Both the position numbers and the translations under genes were made by a program. Below the pieces are notes generated by a model. The model saw nothing but the letters and a program-made list of their open reading frames with translations, was not told where the DNA came from and searched no databases. Source: Antedon mediterranea (taxonomy: Eukaryota; Animalia; Echinodermata). Taken from it: a DNA stretch of 64,000 nt. This document shows positions 1-13,439 of this stretch, in pieces. Within the stretch, counting starts at the first letter, position 1; the number at the start of each line of letters is the position of its first letter. Location of the stretch: contig NC_092678.1 of assembly GCF_964355755.1 (NCBI RefSeq), forward strand, positions 21,779,365-21,843,364, in the 5' to 3' direction.

Positions 1-1416
1 CCAACAAAATTTAATTTATTTAATATTTAAGGATTTGTATAATTCGTTCCTAACTTACCTGAATAAACCTTAGCCTGTGCTCTCCTGAGAAAGAGCTATT
101 AAAGAAAAAAAAAGGAACCTCTACAATAACAGACTTATCTGCCAACCTCAATGGACCATAATAACTGTGTGAAAAAATTACCTCCAGTTTCTTGGCAGAA
201 GAAACAGTGTAAATTTCAAATAACCGGACATGGCAATCTTGGCAACCCATTGTTTTGGTATTGTATTAACCGGTCATCGCTGTGCAATTTTTGCAATGAA
301 TAATAACGGTCATTTGATTGAATTAACTATTATATCATTTTAAGCGTTTGACCGCCCGAACACGTTTTTTCGTCAGCAATTTTGGAGTACCGGGACAAAT
401 TTAGCATAAATGCCATTGATATAAAAATTATATTTTAAAATCTATTTATAAACTGTTTTGTAGCAGAAACAGACCCTAAATTATATCCATGATTTTTCTC
501 CTTGTTGTTGTCTATTCAAAACTAATTTGAAGGCTCATACAAACATAACAATGTTATCTGCAAATATCGAAGATCAGTCATGTAAATAATCTGTAGAAAA
601 AACACTCACTGACAGCCAAGAACCATCTAAAATGTAACTCTAATTGCTAATTCATCATACGGTGTGGCGGGTTGCCATGGAAATATCTTGTTTCCATATC
701 CCAAAGATGCCTCTGTCCATTCCAAACTAATACATTTGATTGAGTTTTTCATTTTTAAATGCATTAGGAAATAAACTTGATATGCTTGTATTGTGCTACA
801 TTAAAATTAGCTTAGCTTTCACAATTTTGTATTGCAAAGTTGATTCGAACCACATCTACCAAAAAATGTTTGTTGGTTTCATCTGAACTACCATATCAAA
901 CTACTTGGTATATGCTTTATAACATATATTTTAAAAATATATTTGTAATATTTGATTAGCTCTGACAAAGGAATAGCGTTTTTGCAACACTCCTTTCTGG
1001 CTGTTTTACTTTTACTGTTTTGATTTTCTTTCCACATATTTTATTTGTATCTCCATATTTCAGTAATTTGCCTTTGGATTTATAATACTTGATTACATAT
1101 AATATTGGAAACAAGTTCAGTATCAGGTTAGATTTGGACCATGGCAGGTCCACACGAATAAAAAGCAATACCCAACTGAAAGTGCCACTGTACAACAACC
1201 AAACAATTTAGGAGCCGCATGTCTTTTAAAACTGTTTTTATACAGTAGTTAAGAAATTGGTCATAATCTTTTTGGAAGAAGTCAAACCATGTTTGGAATA
1301 ATATTTCATATCTATATATCGTTTTTGTTCAGCATGCTACTAATTTTTAAATACGTTCAACCAAAAACCCCATCCATGAAAATCATAGTAACATTAGTAA
1401 TAATTTTTTTTTTTAG

Positions 1417-1920
1417 ACCGTGTGCTTTGGACTCTCTTTCTGTTGCGTTTTCATTAACACAATTGCCAGTGCGTTCTGTGGAATACAAGCAAATATTATA
1501 GACTCTCTTCATCAAAACTACCAACACGTTTGCGACGGTGACCAAAACACTGTAATTGCGAATCGCGATTGTGTCTGTACGCGGAGAGAGGACAATCTAA
1601 TAAAACATACGTACATATTTGAAGAAATTGCTGATTGTCGGAATTTCCTTCTGAATCTTAAAACATACCTCGTATTTCAGTGTTCGCTTAATGCAATCGG
1701 CGGACTCGCTTGTTTTTTAGTTGTCATTATGATGTGGCGATCACGTTATATGGATTTTCATTCAGGATTACGGTTTTACTCGTACAGCGCCAGCATTCCT
1801 AGTCATCCATGGTCAGACCGATTGTCACCGCCATATGAAATGTTTCTAATGTCCGAATCAAATAATAACAACCCAACAAACAGTAACCCTGCATCGCCGA
1901 GGCCGGGGAACGCGAGATGA
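1417..1920 (+). CDS. SSPN: Terminal coding exon of a sarcospan-like tetraspan membrane protein (TM3, Cys-rich extracellular loop, TM4, cytoplasmic tail)
   Basis: Strong acceptor (ttttttttttag|ACC at 1416/1417) opens a 167-codon frame to TGA. HTYIFEEIADCRNFLLNLKTYLVFQCSLNAIGGLACFLVVIMMWRSRYMDFHSGLRFYSYSAS aligns from recall with human sarcospan RTFVYRDVTDCTSVTGTFKLFLLIQMILNLVCGLVCLLACFVMWKHRYQVFYVGVRICSLTAS, and the loop C...CxC spacing is kept. Confidence 0.8.
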   Translation, partial: TVCFGLSFCCVFINTIASAFCGIQANIIDSLHQNYQHVCDGDQNTVIANRDCVCTRREDNLIKHTYIFEEIADCRNFLLNLKTYLVFQCSLNAIGGLACFLVVIMMWRSRYMDFHSGLRFYSYSASIPSHPWSDRLSPPYEMFLMSESNNNNPTNSNPASPRPGNAR

Positions 1921-2224
1921 CAGAAGAATGTTGATAAGTAACAGACAAGAGTTCATAAAAGTACTAAGAAGATATTGAATTTATTCTATTGTACGCGATT
2001 GAATGAGGATAGAGACAGTACTCGAGGGGGAGAAATGAAGATAAAACCAGCCTTGATCTAAAGTGCCGTAGCAATCTTATAGTTTAAGTTTGCACTAACC
2101 ATGTCGAAATTGAGAATTACAAAGTGAACACATAAAAAGAACTACTTTCTTTTAATCTGCAATGTTGACGAAACACTGAAGAAGTTTTGTGGAAATCTGT
2201 CAATTATGATCAAACATACTACTC

Positions 2225-2902
2225 ACTGTGATCTTTCCAGAAACCTGTGCAAAGAGTTATCAGAGTTACATTCTCTCTGTGATCTTTACAGAACCCTGTG
2301 CAAAGCGTTGTCAGAGTTACATTCTCTCTGTGATCTTTACAGAACCCTGTGCAAAGCGTTGTCAGAGTTACATTCCCTCTGTGATCGTTACAGAGACCAG
2401 TGCAAAGCGTTATCAGAGTTATTTACTGTGATCTTGACAGAGACCCATGCAAAGCATTATCACAGTTTACAGAGACCCGTGGAAACCGTTGTCAGAGTTA
2501 CATTCTCTCTGTGATCTTTACAGAACCCTGTGCAAAGCGTTGTCAGAGTTACATTCTCTCTGTGATCTTTACAGAACCCTGTGCAAAGCGTTATCAGAGT
2601 TACTTACTGTGATCTTTACAGAGACCTGTGGAAACCGTTGTCAGAGTTACATTCTCTCTGTGATCTTTACAGCCACCTGTGCAAAGCGTTGTCAGAGTTA
2701 CATTCTCTCTGTGATCTTTACAGAACCCTGTGCAAAGCGTTGTCAGAGTTACATTCTCTCTGTGATCTTTACAGAACCCTGTGCAAAACATTATCAGAGT
2801 TACATTTTCTCTGTGATCTTTACAAAAACCCGTGCAAAGTGTTATCAGAGTTGCTTTCTCTCTGTGATATTACAAAGACCCGTGCAAAGCATTATCAGAG
2901 TT
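2225..2902. repeat. 51-bp minisatellite, ~13 copies
   Basis: Unit tgtgatctttacagaaccctgtgcaaagcgttgtcagagttacattctctc with a few shortened units. It explains the overlapping repetitive ORFs. Confidence 0.95.
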
Positions 2903-3623
2903 CATTAAAATGGAGTGTTGAAAGTAGATTAAAATATATTAGCATTCAATAAGAGTTTTTTAAACAAAGTTTGACTTTCCAGATAATATATGTTGATGAA
3001 ATGCAGGGCTAGGAATTTGAAAATTCATTTTTTTATCCATTAGCAAACCTTTTGGTAATAGTATACTAACAAGCAACATTAGCAACTAACTAGCATGTAT
3101 AGGCACATAAATAATGAACTCTATAAAATAGTTAATTTACAGAATTTGGTCTATTCTATAATGCAACACTCAAAAATAACTCTCATACAATCAGTATAGA
3201 CTAGACTAAAGCACCAATCGCATTTTTTTTAGTTGGTTAAACTATCCCTATTATTAAAATAATATTGTACACCTCCATTTTCTGCTGAAATGTTAGTGTA
3301 TACCTCCATGGTTAGAGATAATGGTGAAGTTTCTTAAGAAAATTGTGCTACTGGAACACGTATACATGGTTTGGAATGTGACATACAGTATGGTTTTAAA
3401 ACCAAATCAGAATTATTTAGCAAAAGTCAGCAATACAAAAAAGTATGCCATCATTATTATTATTATTATTATTAAAATATATATTTAAAAACAGAAGTTA
3501 TTAATTTAGTTTATTGGAATCTTATTATTAATTTTCCAATTCATTTTACGTTTACAAGCAAAAGAAAAATCCCATAAAAATCAAAAGTGATTTTGTGTTG
3601 TTGCTGTAAAGTTATGGTTTAAC

Positions 3624-3652
3624 CAGGGAGGTTATTATATCATACCTCCCTG
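3624..3652. mobile_element. Micro-MITE hairpin CAGGGAG...CTCCCTG
   Basis: cagggaggt...acctccctg with flanks gtttaac/attaaac. Same termini as the element at 54485-54526. Confidence 0.5.
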
Positions 3653-5493
3653 ATTAAACTGACCAGTCACATTGGACTTTCCAGCTCATAATTATAATTA
3701 CTGGGTTTCTCTCTTTGCTTAAAATTTTACCTGTTCGAAAAATATATGCTGATTTAAATTTATGCTTCATCTTGATATATGAAAATATGAATACTATCCA
3801 ATATTGTCTACATTTTTTGGTTTGGTTGCTCCATTTTTATGCTATAAAACAACATTTTCGTATTATATTTCATAATTATGCATATACTATCCATTTTGTT
3901 GGTGAAAAATAATATATCCAGCTATTACTGATTCTAAAATATGCTAATGTCATTTATTCATTTTTGTAAAAATTCCATAGCGTGCAGAGTTCATTTTTAA
4001 GGTGATTCATAATATATTCAAATAGTAATCGTGATGGATAGTTGTATTTATATAATGTGTGGGTTTAATCTATCTTTTTCTAATGTTTTTTTTTATGAAT
4101 AATATGTTAGTAAGCTTTTTCAGCATGCATTTTCATTACAACAGTGTACCTTTCCACCTAATAGTATATCACAACTAAATAAAAAATATATTAACTGATT
4201 TAAATAATATACTGTTAGTTTAATATATTATTATTAAGTAAGTAATAATTTATATGACCAGTTTTTGTACTGCAGTGTTACCGTAATGTTTCGCCAGTGT
4301 AGCACAGCAAAAAGCTATACAAAACAAACTTATTGCTAAACATTTCTGAAATTGTGTATTAAAAACTATGTTTCTCAACTCAACATCCTGTTTGATTAGC
4401 AATATTGCTTTACAAATTTTTAAGTTGAAATTTTTCCCTGATGATATAGCAGTTTTTTCATAAGGGACCATGTGAAATTATTCTACTGCAGTTACTGCAG
4501 TAAACTCATGTTTGTTTATTTTTTTACCTATTTATGCAATTATATTAGTATTTATTATTATAACAAGCACACTGTTTATTGCAATAAAAGGCTCATAAAA
4601 TACTTTCATACTTTCTCATAGTAGTATATAGTTTTCATGTGATTCCTAATTAATTTGGTCTTTATAACGAAAAAGAGTGAATGACACAATCACTTATCCC
4701 CCAACCCATGAAACCACCCCATCCGCCAACTCATCAAAATACCCCTTAACCCTAACACCCACCATCCAATCCCCCACCCAATCCCACTCATCGACCATCC
4801 TTTCCCTTGCCCTTAACCAAGCAGCAAGTAAACTTTTAAAACTCTGCAATAGCTGTAAAATCATTGCAACTACAATTTATTTCAAAGTTTCATCCAAAAA
4901 TTTACAATTTAAAATGTAATTAAATATTAAAAATTATGGCATTAACAGTTTGATGTGCCTTTATAATTATCTATCGGAATGTACTATTGTTAACTGTAAG
5001 AAAACCTTGAAACTCTAGTCCAGTTGATGAACAACTATTTCTAATTATTAAATGTGCATGTAATTAACCTAATGATTTTATAAACTTAACCATTAAAATA
5101 ATTAAAATCATAATATTTATTCAATGTAATTTATATACAAATTATTTAATTTAAATGATCTCTTCAAATTGTTCAAATTTCTACATTTGTAGATTATTAA
5201 ATGAATAAAAAAGTATCTTAATATAAAAAACTATGAGCTATACCAGCCGTCAACCTCAAATGGTTTTATTTGGACGCACACACATATTAGGTGTACTGCT
5301 TACTGAAACAACACAAATCTATCCTTCTTGTCAATTTGAACACAAGCATTGTACAACATATTGAACTTTGTTTTAAATAATGTTATAGAATTTAGTCTTT
5401 GCTTCAGATCAAAAAGCTAAATGTGTTTTTTTTTAAACCATTGAATATGCAAGAATGAAATTAATTTATTATACCTTAAACAAATACAGACCG

Positions 5494-5899
5494 CAGTGTT
5501 CTCCCAAAGCAGGTTTTTCCAGCAACATTTGCTGGTATAAATTGACTCCAACCCTTATTAAAATGGTGTAATAAAATTATACATTTTAACGAAACAGTTA
5601 TCTTAGTAGTGGTAGGTAAAGCTTAGCCATCAAAGACCAAGCGCAATCAAAGGCTATATTTGTCAATTGGATAGACAATGTACAATATTATTGTACTTTT
5701 TGTATTAGTAGATTAGAATATATCCTATAGTCAGTGGCGTTTGTAGGCTTTTCGGATTATAATGACTGTTTTTTCCTCCGGAGCACCAATAAGCTCCTTG
5801 GTTTAGCCAGTGAGCGCTCAGCCGTTACGCCACTGCTTATAGTATATAAATAATGCAGTACTACACTTTTTTTTCAGAATTGATATTGGGAGAACATTG
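5494..5899. mobile_element. Non-autonomous DNA transposon (hAT-like MITE)
   Basis: Inverted ends cagtgttctccc / gggagaacattg. TSD not evident. Confidence 0.5.
5732..5835. mobile_element. hAT-type MITE nested in the previous element
   Basis: TIR cagtggcgt/acgccactg and a near-perfect 8-bp TSD cctatagt/cttatagt. Confidence 0.7.
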
Positions 5900-6167
5900 T
5901 AGATATATTAGTAATATGTTGACTCCTATACCTACAGTATTATATTGAGAATTAAAAATATGATATCTTTTAAATGTTTGGTATTTATGGTGGTTGAACA
6001 ATTTTTAAATGGTGCAATTTTAATTACAAATACAAATTAAAATAATATAATCATTAAAATGTATGGAATCCTATACAAAATTGTATTGTTTTATTTAAAG
6101 TTATAATGTAATGTGCGGTAAAAAAATTTTTTTATTAGAGGACAACTCTATTGAAAAATAACTTTAA

Positions 6168-6405
6168 AGGGTGACTCCGGGGTATTCCTAGTGTTTACTA
6201 CAAAATATATAACCTATGCAACAACATTGATAATAATCCTACTTATTTTCATCATCATTAGGCACAAAAAGGCATAGTTAATTTAAGCCATTTAAAGAAG
6301 AAGTGAGGGAACAAGGTGAAATAAGTATAGAGTTATTATCAATTTTGTTTAAAAGGTTATATTTTTTAATTTAAACAGTAGGAATTTTATAACCGGAGGT
6401 ATCCT
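6168..6405. mobile_element. TTAA-flanked MITE (Kolobok-like)
   Basis: ttaa|agggtgactccgg ... ccggaggtatcct|ttaa. A related end occurs at 10561. Confidence 0.55.
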
Positions 6406-7110
6406 TTAACATACCAACATAAAGGTACATAAAAATAACTATCTGTATATTATGTATAGCAAAAGTCAAAAGTATCATTAATGTAAATTTACATAAATCT
6501 TCATTATTTCTACTATTTGTGTTGTGAGTGAAATGACTACAGTATTTAACCAGTTTTATGGTCTTACTCTTCTTACTGTGCAATGATTTAACAAATTACT
6601 ACTTGTAAAATTGCAGTGTTTATAATGCAACAGTGTTATATACTTTTTTGTTTTAGTGACAGTAAATATTTCCCCTCCATCCTACAATCTCACCACTATC
6701 CTAGTTACACTTTTTCTCCAACCCGCCTCCCCCCCCCCCCTCCTCCTTCTTTTTTTTTATCCTGTTCATACATTTCGTACACCCTCTTCATCGTTTATTT
6801 ATTCCTCCGTTCTTCCATCCCAATTCTGTCTATTTTTTTCTCTCCTTTTGCACAATTATGTTTATACCAAAATATAAGGGTAAATAACTATTGATCTAAT
6901 TTTAGGCCTCTAGTTTTATTTCTATTTCAACCGAATAAAATTTAAATGACATGAAAATAAAACTATTTTTTAATTGATTGTGTCTTGTTAAAGCTTGTCT
7001 TCCACTAGGCAAATTATTTCTCGCACAAATTAAAATCGGTGGAGAGTGCGCGAGCGTATGTGGTGGCGTTTATACAGTAATATTCTGTAATGGACACCGC
7101 CAAGATGAGT

Positions 7111-7220
7111 ATTTGACGTACACATGACGGTATGACGTATATACGCGCGCGTACACCTGACGATATGATGTTTATACGCGCGCGTACACCTTATGATATG
7201 ACGTTTATACGCGCGCGTGT
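7111..7220. repeat. ~32-bp CpG-rich tandem repeat, ~3 copies
   Basis: atgacgtatatacgcgcgcgtacacc repeated. Confidence 0.8.
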
Positions 7221-9907
7221 CAACATCTGTGCTACGTAGTCGTATGTAATTTTACGATTAAATACACGTTATTTTATGACCCTTGATTGTCACCATAATT
7301 TCATGAATTATTATACAGTATTATAATAGACCTTTCGAAATTTGGTATTGATTTCTGCAATGAACTTTGACACGCAGCCATGTGTAACACTCACATACAT
7401 GCAATGATTTTAATGTACTTCAAAATGTAAGCAACAGACAAGTAGTCGCCATTCAATGAAAACTCATCTACTTATTAATACAGCGAATGTTATGCGTGTA
7501 TTTAACTACGCATTAGGAGAAAAGAAAGTGGAGGCCAGTATGGGCGCGCGCGCCACACTGCCCGTTGATACCGGTTGAGTAAGCACTTAAAAATGTCAAG
7601 CACTATTGCAATGTCTAGTTCGTATATTATACCATTAATACATAGTTAAAATCATTTCAATCACTTCGCGTGTATTTAAGAGTTCTACTAGTAATTTATG
7701 TTATATGATGCGCATGTGTAATACACCTGCAATATCTGAAAATCTGACCTTTCTAAAGGACGACTTTACCTCGTATTCATATTTACATCCATGTTTTTGA
7801 TGGGGCAACCAATCCGAGCTCAGAAAAGATACACGTGCCATAAATTTACCCTGTGGGAAACAGGTTTTAATACTTTGTAATATCGCAAAATGGTAATAAT
7901 ACCAAGAATTCATTTTATTTATTCGAAACAATAATCGTTATTGGCCAGTGCGTGTCTAGAGTTTAAACCCCATGATTCAACACAAATACAATTGAATATA
8001 TTTATAAAAATTATAGAAATAAAAATATAAACATTTGAAATGTGGAAATACACAACAATTATTACAAAAATGTCCTTCCATTTTGAGATTGTTTTGTAAT
8101 AAAAATGCATCAACGCTAGTTTAATGGAGTCTTTCTAGATTCGCATTCTGCTCACAAATCACGATGTATATTAAAATGCGATAATATGTAGCCTATCTTC
8201 TGCTACTGGTCTTATAAGTCGTAAATATCGCGTATTGTATTGATGATAATATAATTATGATATATCGTCTAAATTCTGACGGCGTCATGTGTAGGCTAGG
8301 ATTGTGGAGATTATGCGTTGATAAATAGACCTCGCTAGATTGTATTAACGTGATGAATTCGAGAGATAATGACATGGAACGCGTGGTTTTAAACGTTGTT
8401 TATTCCGTCAGTGACGTACATGAAAAAAAATATGCAAATCAGACGCGCGCGTACAAAATATGATGTGACGTGTTCATTATTACTTGATCGCGCGACACTG
8501 TGTGTACCTAACACTGGTCGCTAATGTTAACTACCAGAACGGTAGTATAGATAGTATTGGACATTAATGTTATGCTCGTGGTTCACACTAATAATGTAAA
8601 TCAAATTCAAATGTGAACCTGCACAATAAACTGCGTTAGTAGGTGAGGTCACCACTAAGTTAACACGCTGTAAATAATAACAACGAAGATGAGAAAAGAT
8701 GAATATTGTATCGATTTTGATGGTTTAAGAATAAGTGTGATTGCTATGACAACATCAATGTGTAAGATTGACATTGGATGAATGAAATATTTAACATTGT
8801 TATCATGTTATAGAAAATATTTCATACGTGATCACACTCGAGTTGTCAATATGATGCGTCAACCAGGCTGCGTTTGTCTGTCTCTTCCGTTCAGACTGCG
8901 TTTTAATGTTGTAATTCAAAGTTACACAATAGGCCTGTATACGGACTGATTGACGACTTGGAAATTACAGATGTTTGTTGTGCGCAACGCTCGTTCGACC
9001 GGGGCCCACCAAACGCAATCGCAACAAAAAGTTGTCGTATAATATTCGAGTGTTGTTAAAGAACAAGCTTGCGTTGTCAACGTTTTCTATTCGAATGGCG
9101 TTCTGCTGAGCACAAATTTACAATTCAAATATAAAAAGTATTCAACGAATCTTTACGTTGACAACGAAAGTTGCCATTTGAATAAGACAATTGATAAACA
9201 TTGTTGCCGCGCTTGAGTAAAACGATATCTAATAATGTGTTTGTGTTATCCGATCGATCGATATACACAAACGAAATTAAAATATGTTACCTTAAACAAT
9301 TATGATTAACAATGGCATTCGATGGATAATTGTCACTAATACGTATATGCCGTTAATTAGATAATATGAAACGTCAATGACGTCATAAAGCGGCGGTTGA
9401 GAACGAGTCGGTGTGGCTCTTACCGCGGCTCAACGACCGTGAATGTGTTATTGATGCGGCTATGACAATAGATCATTTGAGCATTGCCGTATTAAATTAA
9501 GAATGGGGCTTAAATTTTTTAACGGGTTTTCCGATTGCTAAGAGGCCCTTCACCTCGATGTAACATAAGGCTCGGTAGGTCTTTGATTTTGACACGAATG
9601 TGTGCGCAACATGGAAGATTAACACATCTTTGTTGGACATCATTTTCCCGTTCATGTTTCGTCACGAATATGACACAAGACTCTGCGTTTTCAACAAGCG
9701 TTAATTGAATGGGGACTTTGTCGACAAACAATGTGCAACGCGGTGACGTAAGTAATGTAATCTGTAATGATAATTTATCGTGATAATGAAACAAATTGTT
9801 TTGGTATCATTTATTTCATTTGCTGATTCCGTGCTATATGACGTTGTGAACCATGGTGAAAATTATACTATCTCGCCTTCTGGCTGCAAATTCATTGATT
9901 TCTCTTA

Positions 9908-10086
9908 AGGGTGTTTCCCACTAGCGACGCAACACAAGGACGTAACGCAACGCAAGTGAATTGACCAATCACAAGCGATGGCTTATTCGCTTGTGATTGC
10001 TAACTGTCTATAACTTCGCTTGTCATTGGTTAAAACGTTTGCGTTGCGTTTACGTCCTTGCGATACGTTCTAGTGGGAACCAAGCT
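9908..10086. mobile_element. Palindromic PIF/Harbinger-type MITE
   Basis: Long inverted arms (ttcccactag...acgcaacgcaa / ttgcgttgcgt...ctagtgggaa) and TTA TSD at 9905-9907 and 10087-10089. Related copies near 36315, 37250 and 53825. Confidence 0.85.
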
Positions 10087-12651
10087 TTAGTGTCTAAAAA
10101 GTACAAAACGTGTGTTTTTACACGTATAAAGTGCAATGCATGACGTGAACATAGTATGCTCTTTGCGTATCTAACGTGTAATTTCAATCGTTAGTGCAAT
10201 TACGTGTTAAGCTATTGCTGGCGTGGAGTTCACTTATATCTTATAATTATTGCGTAATATACTGCGGTATAGTATTTGCAACTACAAATTGTGCAAAATC
10301 CTGTATCCATTTAATTGTAGGCCTGTGTATTATTGATTTATTCTTTACACTCTTTTCAAATTCGTTCAAAAGTTGTACACGTAAACAAAAACAAAAATCC
10401 ACCACTAACATGGTGTAAAAATAAAGAAATAAATGCAATTCACAAATATTTGATGATGTAACAATAATTGTTATGATTATTTATTGAATGAAATTAGAAC
10501 CCTGTTTAAAAAAGAGTTTTTAGGCCTGAAGATTTAAATCTGACTGAAGTTTAGGCTTTTTTAAAGGGTAACTCCGAGCTTAATTCAATTGGTTGGTTTT
10601 AAATGTAATATGATATGGAATTCTTCTCATTTTGTGTTTCTTTCCTCAGAATATACTTCCAATCTGTTTATTTCCATATCTTTCTATCTCTCTCTCTCTC
10701 TCTCTCTCCACAAATCATGTCATTACTGTATATTGTTGCTCTTCCTTCTTGTCCTCATACATCATTAACTCTTAACCGACCCTTGTGTCATCGAAGTCGG
10801 GGTTCAAATCCCAAATGAATAACAAGTAATAACTCTAACGTTCTTGATGTCAGTTTGTTATCATCTCACTTGCTGAACAAGGCGCCAAGTAAGTGACGTT
10901 ATAAGTCGACCACGCGGAAAATGACGTCAGATGCGGAAAGTACTGTAGTCGTGGTAACAATTTGTAACTCATTTTCCCATACGGACGGGCGCTAATGATA
11001 TGCATATTGTATAATAATAATTTATTCAACATTGTAAAGTGACGTATTTTTTTGCGGAAAAATTAAATAGATAATCGTTTGCAACATGTTGTTATATTTA
11101 TTCACAATTTAATATGTATTACATTAATATATATTTCTATTAATTACTTTCATTTTCATTCATCGTAGAAAGAAAATAGTACTAATTACTAAATATGAAT
11201 TATGAACACCCCTACCAATTAATGGACTCTATTCATGTCGGTCCCCCACCGCACCTCATTAATATTCATTAGGTATCCTTAATGAATAATAATTAAATAA
11301 GTTCATTATGATTCTGAAATGTTCCTATTTTATGTTTTGAAAAAAAATATAATATTTTTATATATTGTTCTAATGTCTGTGATATTCATCATCGTACAAA
11401 CATAATGTATTTATAATATTAATAAAAGGACGTTAAATGAAAGTAATTAATGGAAAGACGACACCTCTGTAATGTGACACTTATTCTGAGTATAAGTACC
11501 ACCAACAATAAATGTTCTGTGCAGTCTTACGATGTAAGTCTGCATAGGTGCGTCTCTTGGTCTTTTGACGCGAAATGTTGTGGTGAAACTCTTTTCTCAG
11601 AGTAGATCTGTTGCATTCTCCCTGTCAATAAACCTAACCTTGCTCTCACCTCCGTTTTTTTTAATGAATATTATAAAATGAGTTATATTTGCTAATCTGA
11701 AATATGTTACTGATATTTTTATATTATTATTTCCTTTGTTTTATTGATACCGTCAACTTAATTTGATATTAATATTTATATGCCCACTTTTGTTGTGGGC
11801 GCCGGCCCAATTAGATCAATGATCATTGAGTCAAGTAACTCAAATGTATTATAAGTTCTGAGAATGGTCTTGCTTCACATAGGTGTCATATTGACTTCTG
11901 TCAATGAACATTATAGGCATTATATGTTTCTTGTTTCTATCAATGCCTCATTAATATTCATTAAGTCATCACGTACATGACGTCACATCATTCACGTGAC
12001 ACAAAATGGCGTACAGGAGTACAGGATTTGTAGGGCTGGAATTATGCAGCGAAATCCTAAAAAATAACCGTTATCTTTCAGAACAAGTTTAAAAAAGCAA
12101 TTGATGTGTGAGTTTTGATGGCTATTGAAATAGTTACAGTGTATAGTTTGTACAATTTTTGATGGAAACGTTCGTTTTCTCGAGTGAGGAAGACATGGTG
12201 GTACAAACAAGGCGACGAGAGAAAAGAAAGACAGCGCGGCTCGCTTAAATGGTTGAAATACGAAGTGGTTGTGGCCTAGGCCTAGCCTAATTATCATTGT
12301 AAGTCAGCAACTAATATTATTGTAGACTGATCCATCAAATAATTTTTGTCCATGACTAGCCTAGGTTGGAGGCTGGAATGTTGGAGGTTTTTATGTTAAT
12401 TATTGAGTTTTGAGTGTTAAAAAGGTATTTGAACCACCTCGGCCTAGTCTAGGCCTACTAGCGAATTAATTAATTAATAAATAGGCATAGGCCTAGGCTA
12501 GTATAGTAGCTTAGGCCTAATTATATAATATATTTTTACTTATAAAATTACCTGGAACAAGTACCCACTACACTATATAGGACACTACTACCCCACCGGA
12601 CGATCACCCTTCTTACTTGGACAACTACACTTTTAGGACAACTACCTCCCT

Positions 12652-12897
12652 AGGAGTTGGATAGCCGAGTGGTTAGGACACTTGACTGTCGTACAGATAG
12701 ACCCGGGTTCAATGCCAGACAACTCCCAGTTCACTCAGCTGTAAAATGAGTACCTGGTTGAAAATACTAGGGAGAAAAAAGGCGGCGTGGAAAGGAACTG
12801 GCCACCCTACCACATAATGCCGAGGCTTAGTACAATGAGCTCCTAACAGCTCATTCCTCTACGTTCAGAGAACACGGGACTCACCTTTACCTTTTTT
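12652..12897 (+). mobile_element. tRNA-derived SINE
   Basis: A box tagccgagtgg, B box ggttcaatgcc, body cagctgtaaaatgagtacctgg, and acctttaccttttt tail. Confidence 0.85.
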
Positions 12898-13130
12898 CCG
12901 CCCTTGGACAATAACCCCTGGACAATCACCATTCTAGGACAATTACTCTCAGGAAAACTACCACCCGGACAATCACCCTCTGAACAATCAGTGCCCTTCT
13001 AAGACAACTACCCCCTAGTTGTAGGACAACTAGGCCTACCCTTTTAGGACAAATACCCCCTAGGAACAATTATCCTAAACCCTTTTAGGACAACTACCTT
13101 TTAAGGACAACTACCTTTTAAGGACAGTTA

Positions 13131-13439
13131 TGCACTTGTCAATTGTATGACCCACTATACGACCCCCGGGGGAGGTGCGTCATTTACAAATAATTACTGA
13201 CGCTGGGGTGCGTCAAAAAACCTAGATGGTACGTCACATCAATGAACAAGGTGTGTCAATGTCCGTCACTTTACCACCCACCATATCATAAACAACATGG
13301 TCACAGTGCGTCAAAATGGGTGCGTCATGGTCACCTAAAGGTAAGTCACCTTTTTGACGCACGGGTGCGTCATGGTATTCAAAAGTATGACGCACCTCTC
13401 CCGGGGGTCGTATAGTGGGTCATACAATTGACAAGTGCA
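13131..13439. mobile_element. MITE with ~50-bp TIRs and TTA TSD (PIF/Harbinger-type)
   Basis: tta|tgcacttgtcaattgtatgacccactatacgacccccggg ... cccgggggtcgtatagtgggtcatacaattgacaagtgca|tta. Second copy at 38401-38675. Confidence 0.9.

Noticed and set aside
50-250. 66-aa minus-strand ORF ending at CAG|gtaagt
   Set aside because: No recognisable homology, it includes a poly-T run, and it lies antisense within the presumed SSPN intron.
4735-4760. Telomere-like ccttaaccctaac
   Set aside because: Only about two units in a short C-rich patch. Not an interstitial telomere array.
11518-11582. Hammerhead-ribozyme-like stem gcgtc/gacgc followed by GAAA
   Set aside because: The CUGANGA core is absent (ctgcatagg). 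At best a decayed retroelement end.
12652-12726. tRNA gene candidate
   Set aside because: The A/B boxes continue into a SINE body and tail, and the cloverleaf pairing is poor.
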